From a virus (Duplodnaviria > Caudoviricetes): a stretch of DNA of 31,584 bases. The DNA lies in the IMG/VR virus record IMGVR_UViG_3300025392_000140, positions 1 through 31,584 of that record; one strand, 5' to 3'. The position numbers were made by a program, and so were the translations under genes. The number at the start of each line of letters is the position of its first letter. The stretch's first letter is position 1. The notes beneath the pieces are model-generated. The model saw nothing but the letters and a program-made list of their open reading frames with translations, was not told where the DNA came from and ran no database searches. Of this stretch, positions 1 through 8,734 are shown piece by piece.

Positions 1-235
1 ATACGCCACCACCGCCACCACCACCAACTTGCGCACCGTTAGTAGCTCCTGCTCCACCACCAGCTATAAGCAATGTTTGTGCAGGCACTCCCCCAGCACT
101 AGCATAACTTACTAGCAATGCTTGTGAAGCTATTGCTAATGGCAATGATTCTTTAATTATAGCCGAAGCAGTATCGGGTAATAATAAATAAAACGATACA
201 CAAACGGCTATTACAATGTCCGTGAACCTTTTCAT
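1..235 (-). CDS. Partial glycine-rich tail-fibre tip/receptor-binding-type protein with putative N-terminal signal peptide (runs off left edge; not in ORF track)
   Basis: Manual translation from ATG at 235 (TGATG overlap with the upstream stop): MKRFTDIVIAVCVSFYLLLPDTASA-IIKESLPLAIASQALLVSYASAGGVPAQTLLIAGGGAGATNGAQVGGGGGGGV... The LLIAGGG..GGGGGGG pattern is typical of Gly-rich phage tail proteins. Confidence 0.7.
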   Translation of the reverse strand, partial: MKRFTDIVIAVCVSFYLLLPDTASAIIKESLPLAIASQALLVSYASAGGVPAQTLLIAGGGAGATNGAQVGGGGGGGV

Positions 236-3200
236 CAATTTACGTTAATTAACCAGCGATTAGTTGTTACTTTTGCAGCACCAGCACTATGACCAGCAGA
301 AAGACTGACGTTTCCTGTAGCAGCACTTGAACCTGCCGTTACAAGAGTATCAGTATTTGTGGTAATAGTTACTGTACCTGCACCAATATCGTTAAAGAAA
401 TTGATAACTGTACCTAAAGCAAATCCATTCGGAATTGTAAAGGTTCTAGCATTAGTATCTGTAGCAGGGTGATAAATTAAACTATTTTGATCGTTAGGAG
501 TAATTAAAGTATAATTTCCTGTTGATTGAGAATTAACATTAATTGTCTGATAAAGAATAGCTGAAGTTACAAATTGGGTAGTAGCAATTTGACTATTATT
601 AGTTGAAGCAACTGCGGTTGGAGCAGTTGGAATACCTGCTAAAGCTGGCGATGTATTTAAAGTAACTGATCCAGTTCCAGTTGTTGTCACTACACTAATT
701 ACGCCAGATGTAGCCTGTAGTACACCTGTTAATCCAGTATTTAAAGTAGTAGTTCCTGTTGCCGTTAAAGCTCCAGTAGAAACGCTTGTAGGAGTAATTG
801 CTCCAAGATTAAGGCTGATTGATGGAGTGGTTGATGCATTAGTTATTGATGTACCAATGCCATTTGAGCCAGATACCGATACTAATGTTACAGTACCATT
901 ATAATTAGCCGATATGCTAATTGAACCTGTAGATGCGTTTAATGTAATGCCAGAACCTTGCACAAGGCTTATCACGCCGGCATTGGTTAATGTTGTTGAT
1001 CCACCTAAAGCAACTGTACCGCCACCAGATAAACCAGTACCAGCAGTTATTGTAATGCTATTATTAGTTAATTGGCTATTAGTGATACCACTTAATGTAC
1101 CACCAAGTGTAATTGTACCAGTTGATGTAATAGGCCCACCAGTTAAAGTAATACCATTTACTGAACCAGATGTACCAACGCTTGTTACTGTACCACCTGT
1201 ACCTGTGGCTGATAATGTACCACCAGAAAAACTAACACCTGTGCCAATAGTAACATTTGAAAAGCCACCTGCTCCGTTACCATACAGTAATGATGAACCA
1301 CTTGTAGCTGGTGCGTAATCTGTACCGCTAACCGCAGCAGTTAAACCGCCAGAACCATTAGCTTTTTGTATAGCACTACCAGTTGTGGCAGGAAGATAAT
1401 CTGTATTAGCCGTAGCGATAGCCAATGTATTAGCTGCGGTACGTTTTACTAAACCAGTTGTAGCTAATCCTGTGATTTGATCCTGCGTTACAGAACCACC
1501 TAATGATGTATTGTTACCAGCTATTGTAATTGAGCTATTAGCTAATTGAGCATTGCTAATTGTACCACTTAAAGCTGATGTAGGAATTGTTGTGCTAGCA
1601 GTCATTGCGCTAGTACCATTGCCATAAACATAACCAGTAAGACCAGTCGTTCCTGTACCACCATATAAAGCACCTATTGCGTTTCCATTCCATGTGCCAT
1701 TGGTATAACTACCAGCCCAATTTAATGTGTTTGTTGACCAGCTTGCGTTAGATGGAGCTACGTTGTGATAATCCCAAGTACCTGTTGATGTTGCATTTGA
1801 AAGAAGAACCACATCAATAAACGCACCAGATTGTAAGGTGGCTATGGTAGTACCAGAGTTATTCTGTACAGTAATTGTACCACTAGACTGATTGTTGTTA
1901 AACGTGAATATGTTTCCGTTAGGTAGTGTTGTAGCATCAGGTAGTTTAATTACCTGCCCACCAGAACCCGTAATCACCATATCAGGGCTTGATGAGGCTG
2001 TTAGAGTGATAGTTGTTCCACTAGCTGCTTGGCTAAGAAAGTTCTTAAAAAAGTTGTTACCAAATACATTACTATTACTATCACGAAGCACCACGCTATT
2101 AGCTCCAGATGAACTTGTTACTCCTGTACCTCCACTAGCTACATTTAATGTATTTGTAACCTGAGTTGATAAATTAATAGGTGATAAAGATCCACCTAAA
2201 GTTAATGATCCTGCTGAAGTAACTGTTCCAGATAAAGTAATTCCTTGTACAGTACCTGTGCCTGCAACTGATGTAACAGTACCACCTGTGCCTGTTGCAC
2301 TAATTTGTACTGAACCGCTAGATGCATTAAGTGTAACACCTGTGCCTGCGGTTAAATTAGTAACACCTGCATTGCTTAATGTTGTGCTACCGCCAAGTGC
2401 TACAGTTCCACCGCCAGACAATCCTGTTCCTGCCGTTACAGTAATTGAATTGTTTGCTAACGCAGTATTAGGAATGTTGGCTAATGAAATTGAAATATTA
2501 GGAGTAGTTGTTGGATTGCTTACGTTTGTTATTACGCCAACCCCATTGTTTGTGCTTATTGATGTTACAGTACCGCCAGAATTGCTTGCACTAATTTGCA
2601 CACTTCCCGTAGATGCATTAACAGTAACATTACTACCAGCTACGATATTGGTTACACCTGTGTTTGTGATAGTTTGATTAGGAAATGAACCGCTAACCGA
2701 TATACCATTACCAGCCACAGTTGCTGGCGTTGCAGTACCTGTACCACCATTGGCTACAGGAAGTATTCCCGTAACCCCAGAACTTAGGGGTAATCTAGTT
2801 GCGTTAGTTAGGTCAGCGTATGTTGGTTGTCCTAAATTCGGGGTTACAAGAACGGGGGAATTAGAAAGTACAACAGATCCACTACCTGTTGATGTTGTTA
2901 CGCCAGTACCACCATTTGCTATTGGTAATGTGCCAGATACTTGAGATGTTAAACTTACAGTACCAGATAAAGCTGATGTAGGTATAGTTGTAGAAGCAGT
3001 AATGCCATTAGCACCATTGCCTGATAAATAACCATTAAGCGTAGTTGAAAAAGTTAAAGTACCAGAACCAGTTACTGGTGATCCGCTAACTGTAAATCCA
3101 GATGGAGCAGCTAAACCTACGCTAGTTACAGAACCACCACCAGCAGTTGATGAAAGAGTTCCTCCGCTAAATGCTAATCCACTACCAACTGTTACATTGC

Positions 3201-4497
3201 TAAAACCACCAGCTCCATTGCCATAAAGAATAGACGATCCAGAAGTAGCAGGAGCATAATCAGTACCACTTACTGCGGTTGCCAATGTATTAGCAGCAGT
3301 ACGTTTAACAATACCAGTAGAACTTAAACCTGTAATAGTATCTTGGCTAATGCTTCCACCTAATGCGGTGCTTGTACCAGCAATAGTAATAGAATTGTTA
3401 GTCAACTGTGCATTAGTAATAGTACCAGATAATGATGTAGTTGGAATTGTGGTAGATGCCGTTACATTATTTGTGCTATTGCCATATAAATAACCAGTAA
3501 GTGCAGTAGTTTTTAAACTGTTAAATGCACCTGCATTTGCAGTTGTTTGACCTATAGATCCATTAAATACAGACGTTACGCTTGTAGGTGTAATATTGCC
3601 TAAAGAAATACTAATGTTTGGTGTTGTTGTAGGATTGCTAACAGACGTAACAACTCCAGATTGATTATTTGTAGATACAGATGTTACTGTACCGCCAGCA
3701 GCAGTTGAAGAAATTGTAACCGTACCACCTAATGCAACTGTACCACCACCGCTTAATCCAGAGCCAGCAGTAATTGTTATAGAATTGTTAGTAAGTTGGC
3801 TATTTGAAATGCCAGATAAAGTTCCGCCTAAAGTAAGATTACCTGATGTAGTAACATTACCTGTTAGTGTAATACCATTAACTGTACCTGTACCGCCTAC
3901 GTTAGTAACTGTACCAGCGTTAAGTGTTGGTCTATTAGTAAGGTCGTAATAGTTGCCCGTAGTTGCTACAGTTGCTAAACCAGTAATGGTTGATGCAGGT
4001 TGAGTACCTGTTTGGTTTGCACGTTGAATAGCATAAGCTTGTGCAGTAGCAGCAGCCCCAGCAGCATCATAAGCATTAGTAGATGTAAATGCTGCACTAC
4101 CTAAATTGCCAGTAAGACTAATATTAAGTACTGGAGTTGTAGTAGGATTTGTAACCGAAGCTACTACACCATTGTTAGTTGTAACGCTAAATGAAGTTAC
4201 GGTACCACCAGAAGTAGAACTTAATGTATTATTGGTGAAAGATAAACCTGACCCAATAGTAACATTTTGAAAACCACCATTGTTATTACCAGCAAGTACT
4301 TGGTTTCCAACTGTATTACCAGCCACATTGGTAGCAATAATCTGACCATTGCCTGTAGCAGTAATAGATACGCCACTAGGAACTACGATACTTCCATTAG
4401 TAAGAGCATTTGTGCCCTGTTGCTTTTGAACATTTACTTGAGCTATTGCAGCAACTGCACCCAAGCAAAATAAACTGATGGCTTTAATAAATTTCAT
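235..4497 (-). CDS. Long repetitive tail-fibre-like protein (1420 aa) with putative signal peptide
   Basis: Likely start is ATG 4497 (MKFIKAISLFCLGAVAAIA-QVNVQ), just after the upstream stop at 4502. The protein is T/S/G/N-rich with internal repeats, LPIANGGTG/LPVANGGTG motifs, the tail-fibre repeat SPALAGIPTAPTAVASTNNSQIATTQFV and a fibre-type C-terminal domain. Confidence 0.8.
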   Translation of the reverse strand: MKFIKAISLFCLGAVAAIAQVNVQKQQGTNALTNGSIVVPSGVSITATGNGQIIATNVAGNTVGNQVLAGNNNGGFQNVTIGSGLSFTNNTLSSTSGGTVTSFSVTTNNGVVASVTNPTTTPVLNISLTGNLGSAAFTSTNAYDAAGAAATAQAYAIQRANQTGTQPASTITGLATVATTGNYYDLTNRPTLNAGTVTNVGGTGTVNGITLTGNVTTSGNLTLGGTLSGISNSQLTNNSITITAGSGLSGGGTVALGGTVTISSTAAGGTVTSVSTNNQSGVVTSVSNPTTTPNISISLGNITPTSVTSVFNGSIGQTTANAGAFNSLKTTALTGYLYGNSTNNVTASTTIPTTSLSGTITNAQLTNNSITIAGTSTALGGSISQDTITGLSSTGIVKRTAANTLATAVSGTDYAPATSGSSILYGNGAGGFSNVTVGSGLAFSGGTLSSTAGGGSVTSVGLAAPSGFTVSGSPVTGSGTLTFSTTLNGYLSGNGANGITASTTIPTSALSGTVSLTSQVSGTLPIANGGTGVTTSTGSGSVVLSNSPVLVTPNLGQPTYADLTNATRLPLSSGVTGILPVANGGTGTATPATVAGNGISVSGSFPNQTITNTGVTNIVAGSNVTVNASTGSVQISASNSGGTVTSISTNNGVGVITNVSNPTTTPNISISLANIPNTALANNSITVTAGTGLSGGGTVALGGSTTLSNAGVTNLTAGTGVTLNASSGSVQISATGTGGTVTSVAGTGTVQGITLSGTVTSAGSLTLGGSLSPINLSTQVTNTLNVASGGTGVTSSSGANSVVLRDSNSNVFGNNFFKNFLSQAASGTTITLTASSSPDMVITGSGGQVIKLPDATTLPNGNIFTFNNNQSSGTITVQNNSGTTIATLQSGAFIDVVLLSNATSTGTWDYHNVAPSNASWSTNTLNWAGSYTNGTWNGNAIGALYGGTGTTGLTGYVYGNGTSAMTASTTIPTSALSGTISNAQLANSSITIAGNNTSLGGSVTQDQITGLATTGLVKRTAANTLAIATANTDYLPATTGSAIQKANGSGGLTAAVSGTDYAPATSGSSLLYGNGAGGFSNVTIGTGVSFSGGTLSATGTGGTVTSVGTSGSVNGITLTGGPITSTGTITLGGTLSGITNSQLTNNSITITAGTGLSGGGTVALGGSTTLTNAGVISLVQGSGITLNASTGSISISANYNGTVTLVSVSGSNGIGTSITNASTTPSISLNLGAITPTSVSTGALTATGTTTLNTGLTGVLQATSGVISVVTTTGTGSVTLNTSPALAGIPTAPTAVASTNNSQIATTQFVTSAILYQTINVNSQSTGNYTLITPNDQNSLIYHPATDTNARTFTIPNGFALGTVINFFNDIGAGTVTITTNTDTLVTAGSSAATGNVSLSAGHSAGAAKVTTNRWLINVN
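1000..4209 (-). repeat. Interspersed coding repeats within the long fibre gene
   Basis: LTGYxYGN...TASTTIPT...VKRTAANTLA...YGNGAGGFSNVT...GGTLS at ~3150-3501 and ~1205-1641. GTVT..NGITLTG..NSQLTNNSITITAG.GLSGGGTVALGG at ~3725-3915 and ~1000-1195. GGTVTS...NPTTTP..ISL at ~4113-4209, ~3600-3696 and ~2482-2577. Confidence 0.85.
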
Positions 4498-4501
4498 GGA
4501 A

Positions 4502-5326
4502 TTAAGATAAGGTTCCGGCAGCAGGTACAATCGTATCAAGGACTTGATAGTTTGTGCCATTCCAGACTAAGTGAAGTTCGCCAGCAGGAGTATACTGGTC
4601 ACTAGTGTATGTGCAAAGGATTGGATTGTTTATCGAGGTATCATAAACATTAATTGTGATACCATAAGCCGATGCAGTGCTAAATCTTAAGTATACATGA
4701 CCACCAGGTGACATAGCAGTAGCACTAACTACGCAACTTCTATTACCACCAGCACCAGCTAAAGTAATCCATTCAGTATGTAAGTTACTTGAAGGGCTTA
4801 CAGTAAATGTAGAGCTAGTTGCAGTAGTTTGAGCGTGATATGATACGTAAAATCCTGATGGAGCAGGAACATTATAACCAGGATTGTAAAAAGTAACATA
4901 GCCTGCACCATAGGTAATCATGTTACCAGAATTGGTGAGACCTTGAAAACTCATCCAGTATTGAGCAGAGTTTTCACCATATAGACTAATGTCTGTTTGA
5001 GCATTAGATAGGTCAAATTCTGCTTGGAATTGATTACCAGCAATCCATTCCTGATAGCTAATGTTGGATGTAATATACGGAGGGTAAACCGTAGATGTAA
5101 TTACAGGAGTAAGTGAGCTTGGATTAGATGATACTACAAGCTGAAGATACTGTAGATTGGAAAGATCTACTGGAGCATTGTATTGATTGAATAGAGCAAT
5201 TTGTACTGCTGCAGCACGTCGTACCCACAACTGTGGAGGAAGACCTGTCTTTATATCAATAGGTGTTACAGGTGGGTTAGAGACCAGCGTAAGCTGGACT
5301 TGAATTGGTAATTGCTCGTATCCCAT
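4502..5326 (-). CDS. Putative fibre adaptor / baseplate-upper (BppU-like) structural protein
   Basis: 274 aa, beta-rich. AAVQIALFNQYNAPVDLSNL resembles BppU-type N-terminal Ig-like domains. Lies between fibre genes. Confidence 0.45.
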   Translation of the reverse strand: MGYEQLPIQVQLTLVSNPPVTPIDIKTGLPPQLWVRRAAAVQIALFNQYNAPVDLSNLQYLQLVVSSNPSSLTPVITSTVYPPYITSNISYQEWIAGNQFQAEFDLSNAQTDISLYGENSAQYWMSFQGLTNSGNMITYGAGYVTFYNPGYNVPAPSGFYVSYHAQTTATSSTFTVSPSSNLHTEWITLAGAGGNRSCVVSATAMSPGGHVYLRFSTASAYGITINVYDTSINNPILCTYTSDQYTPAGELHLVWNGTNYQVLDTIVPAAGTLS

Positions 5327-5330
5327 AAAA

Positions 5331-6131
5331 TTAGTTTCCGAAAGCTATTACAGAAATACTGCTAGAGTTTTCTAATGATGGATGGCTACCACCATAAGAT
5401 TCCCAGCAGAATACTTGTAATGAAGTTGTTGTTTTAACACCCGTATAACCATTAGTTCCACCAGTAATAACATTGTTATCACCTAATGAATAACCTAATC
5501 CATTTTGTGAACCAGCACTACCAGACCAAGCATAATTGTTATTAAGAAATGTACCAGATACAAAGTTGATTTGATATACACCTTGAGCAATATATTGTAC
5601 GCTACTAATAGAAGATGAACTGCCTAAAATAGTACAATTACCACCGCTATTCGTAGTGCCATCAAAATTAACCCATGCTTTACATAAGTTAGGACCAGAT
5701 AAAGTTTGTACTAATGGTAACCAATAAGCGGTGTTAATACCTCCACCTGTAGCAACTAAAGGATAAATATTATTATCTACTTGGCTAACATAAATTCCAT
5801 AAGGAATTGATGTCGTTTGCATATTGTTAACCAAAGCATTTCTATAGTATGTTGTACCAGAATCATATTCAGGAACACCTACCTGCATGGTATAATTAAT
5901 GTAATATGATAGCCAATAAAATAGGCCATTCATATCTTCTAAAGCTGGTTGATTGGTACCAACTACTGCTGCAGGCCATCCACCAGACCAAGCTGGTAAA
6001 CTTTGAATTGTATTAGGATTAGTCGATGTTGCAGGAGCAGATGCAGCTAAACTACCAAATACACCAACAGACGCTGCTGCGGTTGAAGAATTAGAAAATA
6101 AAGCAGGAGAGTATCTTGTTAGTTGTGTCAT
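5331..6131 (-). CDS. Short tail fibre protein (baseplate-anchored)
   Basis: N-terminal FGSLAA...IQSL..WSGGW...PALEDMNGLFY...YTMQVGVPEYDSGTTYY resembles the baseplate-attachment domain of myovirus fibres. C-terminal KAWVNFDGT...GVYQINF fibre domain. Confidence 0.75.
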   Translation of the reverse strand: MTQLTRYSPALFSNSSTAAASVGVFGSLAASAPATSTNPNTIQSLPAWSGGWPAAVVGTNQPALEDMNGLFYWLSYYINYTMQVGVPEYDSGTTYYRNALVNNMQTTSIPYGIYVSQVDNNIYPLVATGGGINTAYWLPLVQTLSGPNLCKAWVNFDGTTNSGGNCTILGSSSSISSVQYIAQGVYQINFVSGTFLNNNYAWSGSAGSQNGLGYSLGDNNVITGGTNGYTGVKTTTSLQVFCWESYGGSHPSLENSSSISVIAFGN

Positions 6132-6140
6132 TGTAGTAAA

Positions 6141-8303
6141 TTATTCGAGAATCCAGTTGTAACCATCGCAAAATACTTTGCGTAAATAACCACCACCACC
6201 CACTACAGTTGTACCATAACCTGTGCCGTTAGGTGCGTTTGAGTCGCTAACAAAACATTCAGCAGCAGCGTTACCACTTGCTGATGGCAATGTAGATACT
6301 GTATATACTGATAGTTTAATTAAAGTTGTATTAGCAGGTACTGATAAAGCAGTACCGCCTACTCTGTTAAGCAATACTATATCACTTGTAGTTCCATTTC
6401 CTATAAGTTCTAATCCAAATGTAGGATATGCACCTAATTGACCTTGACCAGAGGTGCTTGGCGCACCTGTGGGTGATGTTAAATTAACATAACCGCCAGA
6501 TGCATTAATATTACCATTAGATGACAAACTACTAAATACACCAGTACTTGGAGTTGTTGCGCCAATAGGTGTACTATCAAGATGAGAATTAGCAATATAT
6601 GTAGTACCAATACTGGATTGAGAAATAGTTTTATTACTTAAATTTTCGGTACCAGTTGGTGATGTGTAATCAGTCCCAGCCGTTGCTGTAGTTAATCCAG
6701 AACCTGTACCTTTAATCATACCACTTAATGAAGTAGTAACAGTTAATGTACCAGAAGTTGTAACTGGACTATTGGTTACAGTAAAACCAGATGGCATTGA
6801 TAATCCAACTGAACTTACTCCTCCACCGCCACCACCAGAACCATTAGAAGCTGCGGTTATACGACCATAAGCATCAATTGTTATATTAGCATTAGTATAA
6901 GAGCCATAAACTCCAGATATTGGAGATAACGATAAAGTGGTTGTACCATTCCAAGTTAAGCCGGTTAATGTTACTGGAGATACTTTTCCGGTTGCTCCAT
7001 TTACTCCTAAAATACCACCGCTTGTTGATGTAAACAAACTTGGATTATAATATTGATTATTATTAAAATAAGTAGATCCAGAAAAATTTGCTACATATCC
7101 AGAACTAGCATTAAATTGTGCTATTTTATTAAAAGTAAATCCTGAACTTGTTAATGTGGAAGTATCCGCAAAAGTAATAGCAGGACTTGAGCCAGAACCA
7201 ACAAAGGTAGCTAAAGGCAAATAAGATGTGCCATTTAAATATGTAGTGCTATTAAACACAGCTACACTACTACTAAAATAAGAAGTATCTGGCATTGTAA
7301 CTGTACCAGTAAATGTAGGATTATTTACTGGAGCACCAGTAGATCCATTAGATGCAGAAGTAACTCTTCCATAAGAATCAACTGTTACTGTAGAATTAGT
7401 ATAAGTGCCTGAACTTACTCCTGTAGTAGCTAGTGAAACAGTAGCTTGATTAGAAGTGGTAACTGCATTGATTTGTCCACTAGTTCCAAAAACTGCTGTT
7501 ATACCGCCACCGCCTCCACCACCACCGCCAGCAGTAGTTTGAATAGTACCATCTGCAAAAGTTATACCTCCACCACCACCTGGTGTTAATTTTAAATTAT
7601 TAAGCACGTTCGTATCTGTACCAGATTGATATATGCCATAATGATTTGTGGCAGTAGGTGCCGAACCAATGTAAAGTTGATAAGCATTAGTAATATTACT
7701 AGATCCACCAGAAACAGTACCCAAATCTAATCCGTAATAGGTTAAACCTGTGTAACTGCCGATACTTAGATTAGGCTGAATAAATACACCAGTCATTACT
7801 TCGCTATTAGCGTTCATAACTAATGTTGGTTGATCATATATACCAACCGCAGGATTTGAAAATAAACCTGTGCTTGCAGCATAAGTACCAGTAACTGATG
7901 CACCTGATCCCAAAACTGTAGCACCACCAATACCAATTTGATTAAATTGTACAGTATTACCTGTACCTATGGGTTGAGGTAATGTTAAAATTACATTACC
8001 AGTTATATAAGTACCTGTAGTTCCATTTACATAAATTTCGTTTGGAAACCCTTGTACACCTGTTGATGTAACACCACTATTACTAGTATTTACAGTTAAA
8101 GTACCACCACTTAATGCTAAATTTGTACCTAATGCTAATGGTTGTAAACGATTAGATGAATCTACATAAGTTATGCAACCTGTTACTGCTGGTGAAGAAT
8201 TAATAGTTACAATACCAGATAATGTAGGATTATTTATTGGAGTAGTTTGTGCTAAAACAAAACTTACCACCAATGGTAAAAATAATAATTTTAAGTATTT
8301 CAT
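6141..8303 (-). CDS. Tail-fibre-like protein (720 aa) with putative signal peptide
   Basis: Likely start is ATG 8303 (MKYLKLLFLPLVVSFVLA-QTTP), immediately after the upstream TAA. Two G(T/S)YTN..(V/I)T(V/I)D.YGR(V/I)T.ASNG fibre repeats (~7343-7410, ~6840-6905), poly-Gly linkers and a C-terminal YTVSTLPSA...FVSD...GGG...VFCDGYNW domain. Confidence 0.78.
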   Translation of the reverse strand: MKYLKLLFLPLVVSFVLAQTTPINNPTLSGIVTINSSPAVTGCITYVDSSNRLQPLALGTNLALSGGTLTVNTSNSGVTSTGVQGFPNEIYVNGTTGTYITGNVILTLPQPIGTGNTVQFNQIGIGGATVLGSGASVTGTYAASTGLFSNPAVGIYDQPTLVMNANSEVMTGVFIQPNLSIGSYTGLTYYGLDLGTVSGGSSNITNAYQLYIGSAPTATNHYGIYQSGTDTNVLNNLKLTPGGGGGITFADGTIQTTAGGGGGGGGGITAVFGTSGQINAVTTSNQATVSLATTGVSSGTYTNSTVTVDSYGRVTSASNGSTGAPVNNPTFTGTVTMPDTSYFSSSVAVFNSTTYLNGTSYLPLATFVGSGSSPAITFADTSTLTSSGFTFNKIAQFNASSGYVANFSGSTYFNNNQYYNPSLFTSTSGGILGVNGATGKVSPVTLTGLTWNGTTTLSLSPISGVYGSYTNANITIDAYGRITAASNGSGGGGGGVSSVGLSMPSGFTVTNSPVTTSGTLTVTTSLSGMIKGTGSGLTTATAGTDYTSPTGTENLSNKTISQSSIGTTYIANSHLDSTPIGATTPSTGVFSSLSSNGNINASGGYVNLTSPTGAPSTSGQGQLGAYPTFGLELIGNGTTSDIVLLNRVGGTALSVPANTTLIKLSVYTVSTLPSASGNAAAECFVSDSNAPNGTGYGTTVVGGGGYLRKVFCDGYNWILE

Positions 8304-8304
8304 A

Positions 8305-8730
8305 TTATACGTATGCTCTCCAAGTAATTTTGTGGGTTCCGTCTGGTACTGGTGCTGAAAGGGCAACATAAAAATATTGAGTATCAGTTAAATTATAAAC
8401 AATATTACCAAAGATTGTAGTCAAATTAGATAAAACTAAAGAATTACACATTAAAGTAATATCTATTTTTGTAGGTGCAGTAGCTAAAGTTGAATTGAAT
8501 GGTATTTTATAAACGCTTGCAAAACCACTAGCTAACATTGCAGTAGTAATAGTAACTGGACTAGATGAATAATCCATAAGTACACCACCAGTAATATTGG
8601 ATACTGAAATTTGTGCAGATGCCGTAGAATTAGGAAGACCAGAATTGTCTAATTCCATTACATCATTTGTATTACGCAAACGTAGTATTGGCGTAGAACT
8701 GTTGATTTCTATAATTCTTTCGTTTGACAT
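8305..8730 (-). CDS. Small tail-fibre adaptor/structural protein
   Basis: 141 aa. N-terminus SNERIIEI...NDVMELD...AQISVSNI resembles the KISEL...D...TxKITxxNL fibre-docking motif. Follows the baseplate wedge gene. Confidence 0.45.
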   Translation of the reverse strand: MSNERIIEINSSTPILRLRNTNDVMELDNSGLPNSTASAQISVSNITGGVLMDYSSSPVTITTAMLASGFASVYKIPFNSTLATAPTKIDITLMCNSLVLSNLTTIFGNIVYNLTDTQYFYVALSAPVPDGTHKITWRAYV

Positions 8731-8734
8731 GATA

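Noticed and set aside
914-2944. Plus-strand V/P/L-rich ORFs (914-1318, 1892-2164, 2258-2677, 2750-2944) and similar short antisense ORFs throughout the window
   Set aside because: They are shadows of the Thr/Gly-rich minus-strand genes, with no independent start context or recognisable motifs.
235-4497. Many N-x-S/T sequons in the long fibre suggesting N-glycosylation
   Set aside because: With such high Asn and Ser/Thr content many sequons are expected by chance. I cannot show enrichment without a shuffle test.
4498-4560. N-terminal extensions given in the ORF track for the two large fibres (4560 and 8369 starts)
   Set aside because: They overlap upstream genes. ATGs at 4497 and 8303 sit directly after the upstream stops and yield clean signal-peptide-like N-termini.
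1-8303. Diversity-generating retroelement or invertase-based fibre switching
   Set aside because: No reverse transcriptase, recombinase, adenine-specific repeat pair or flanking inverted sites were seen in the window.
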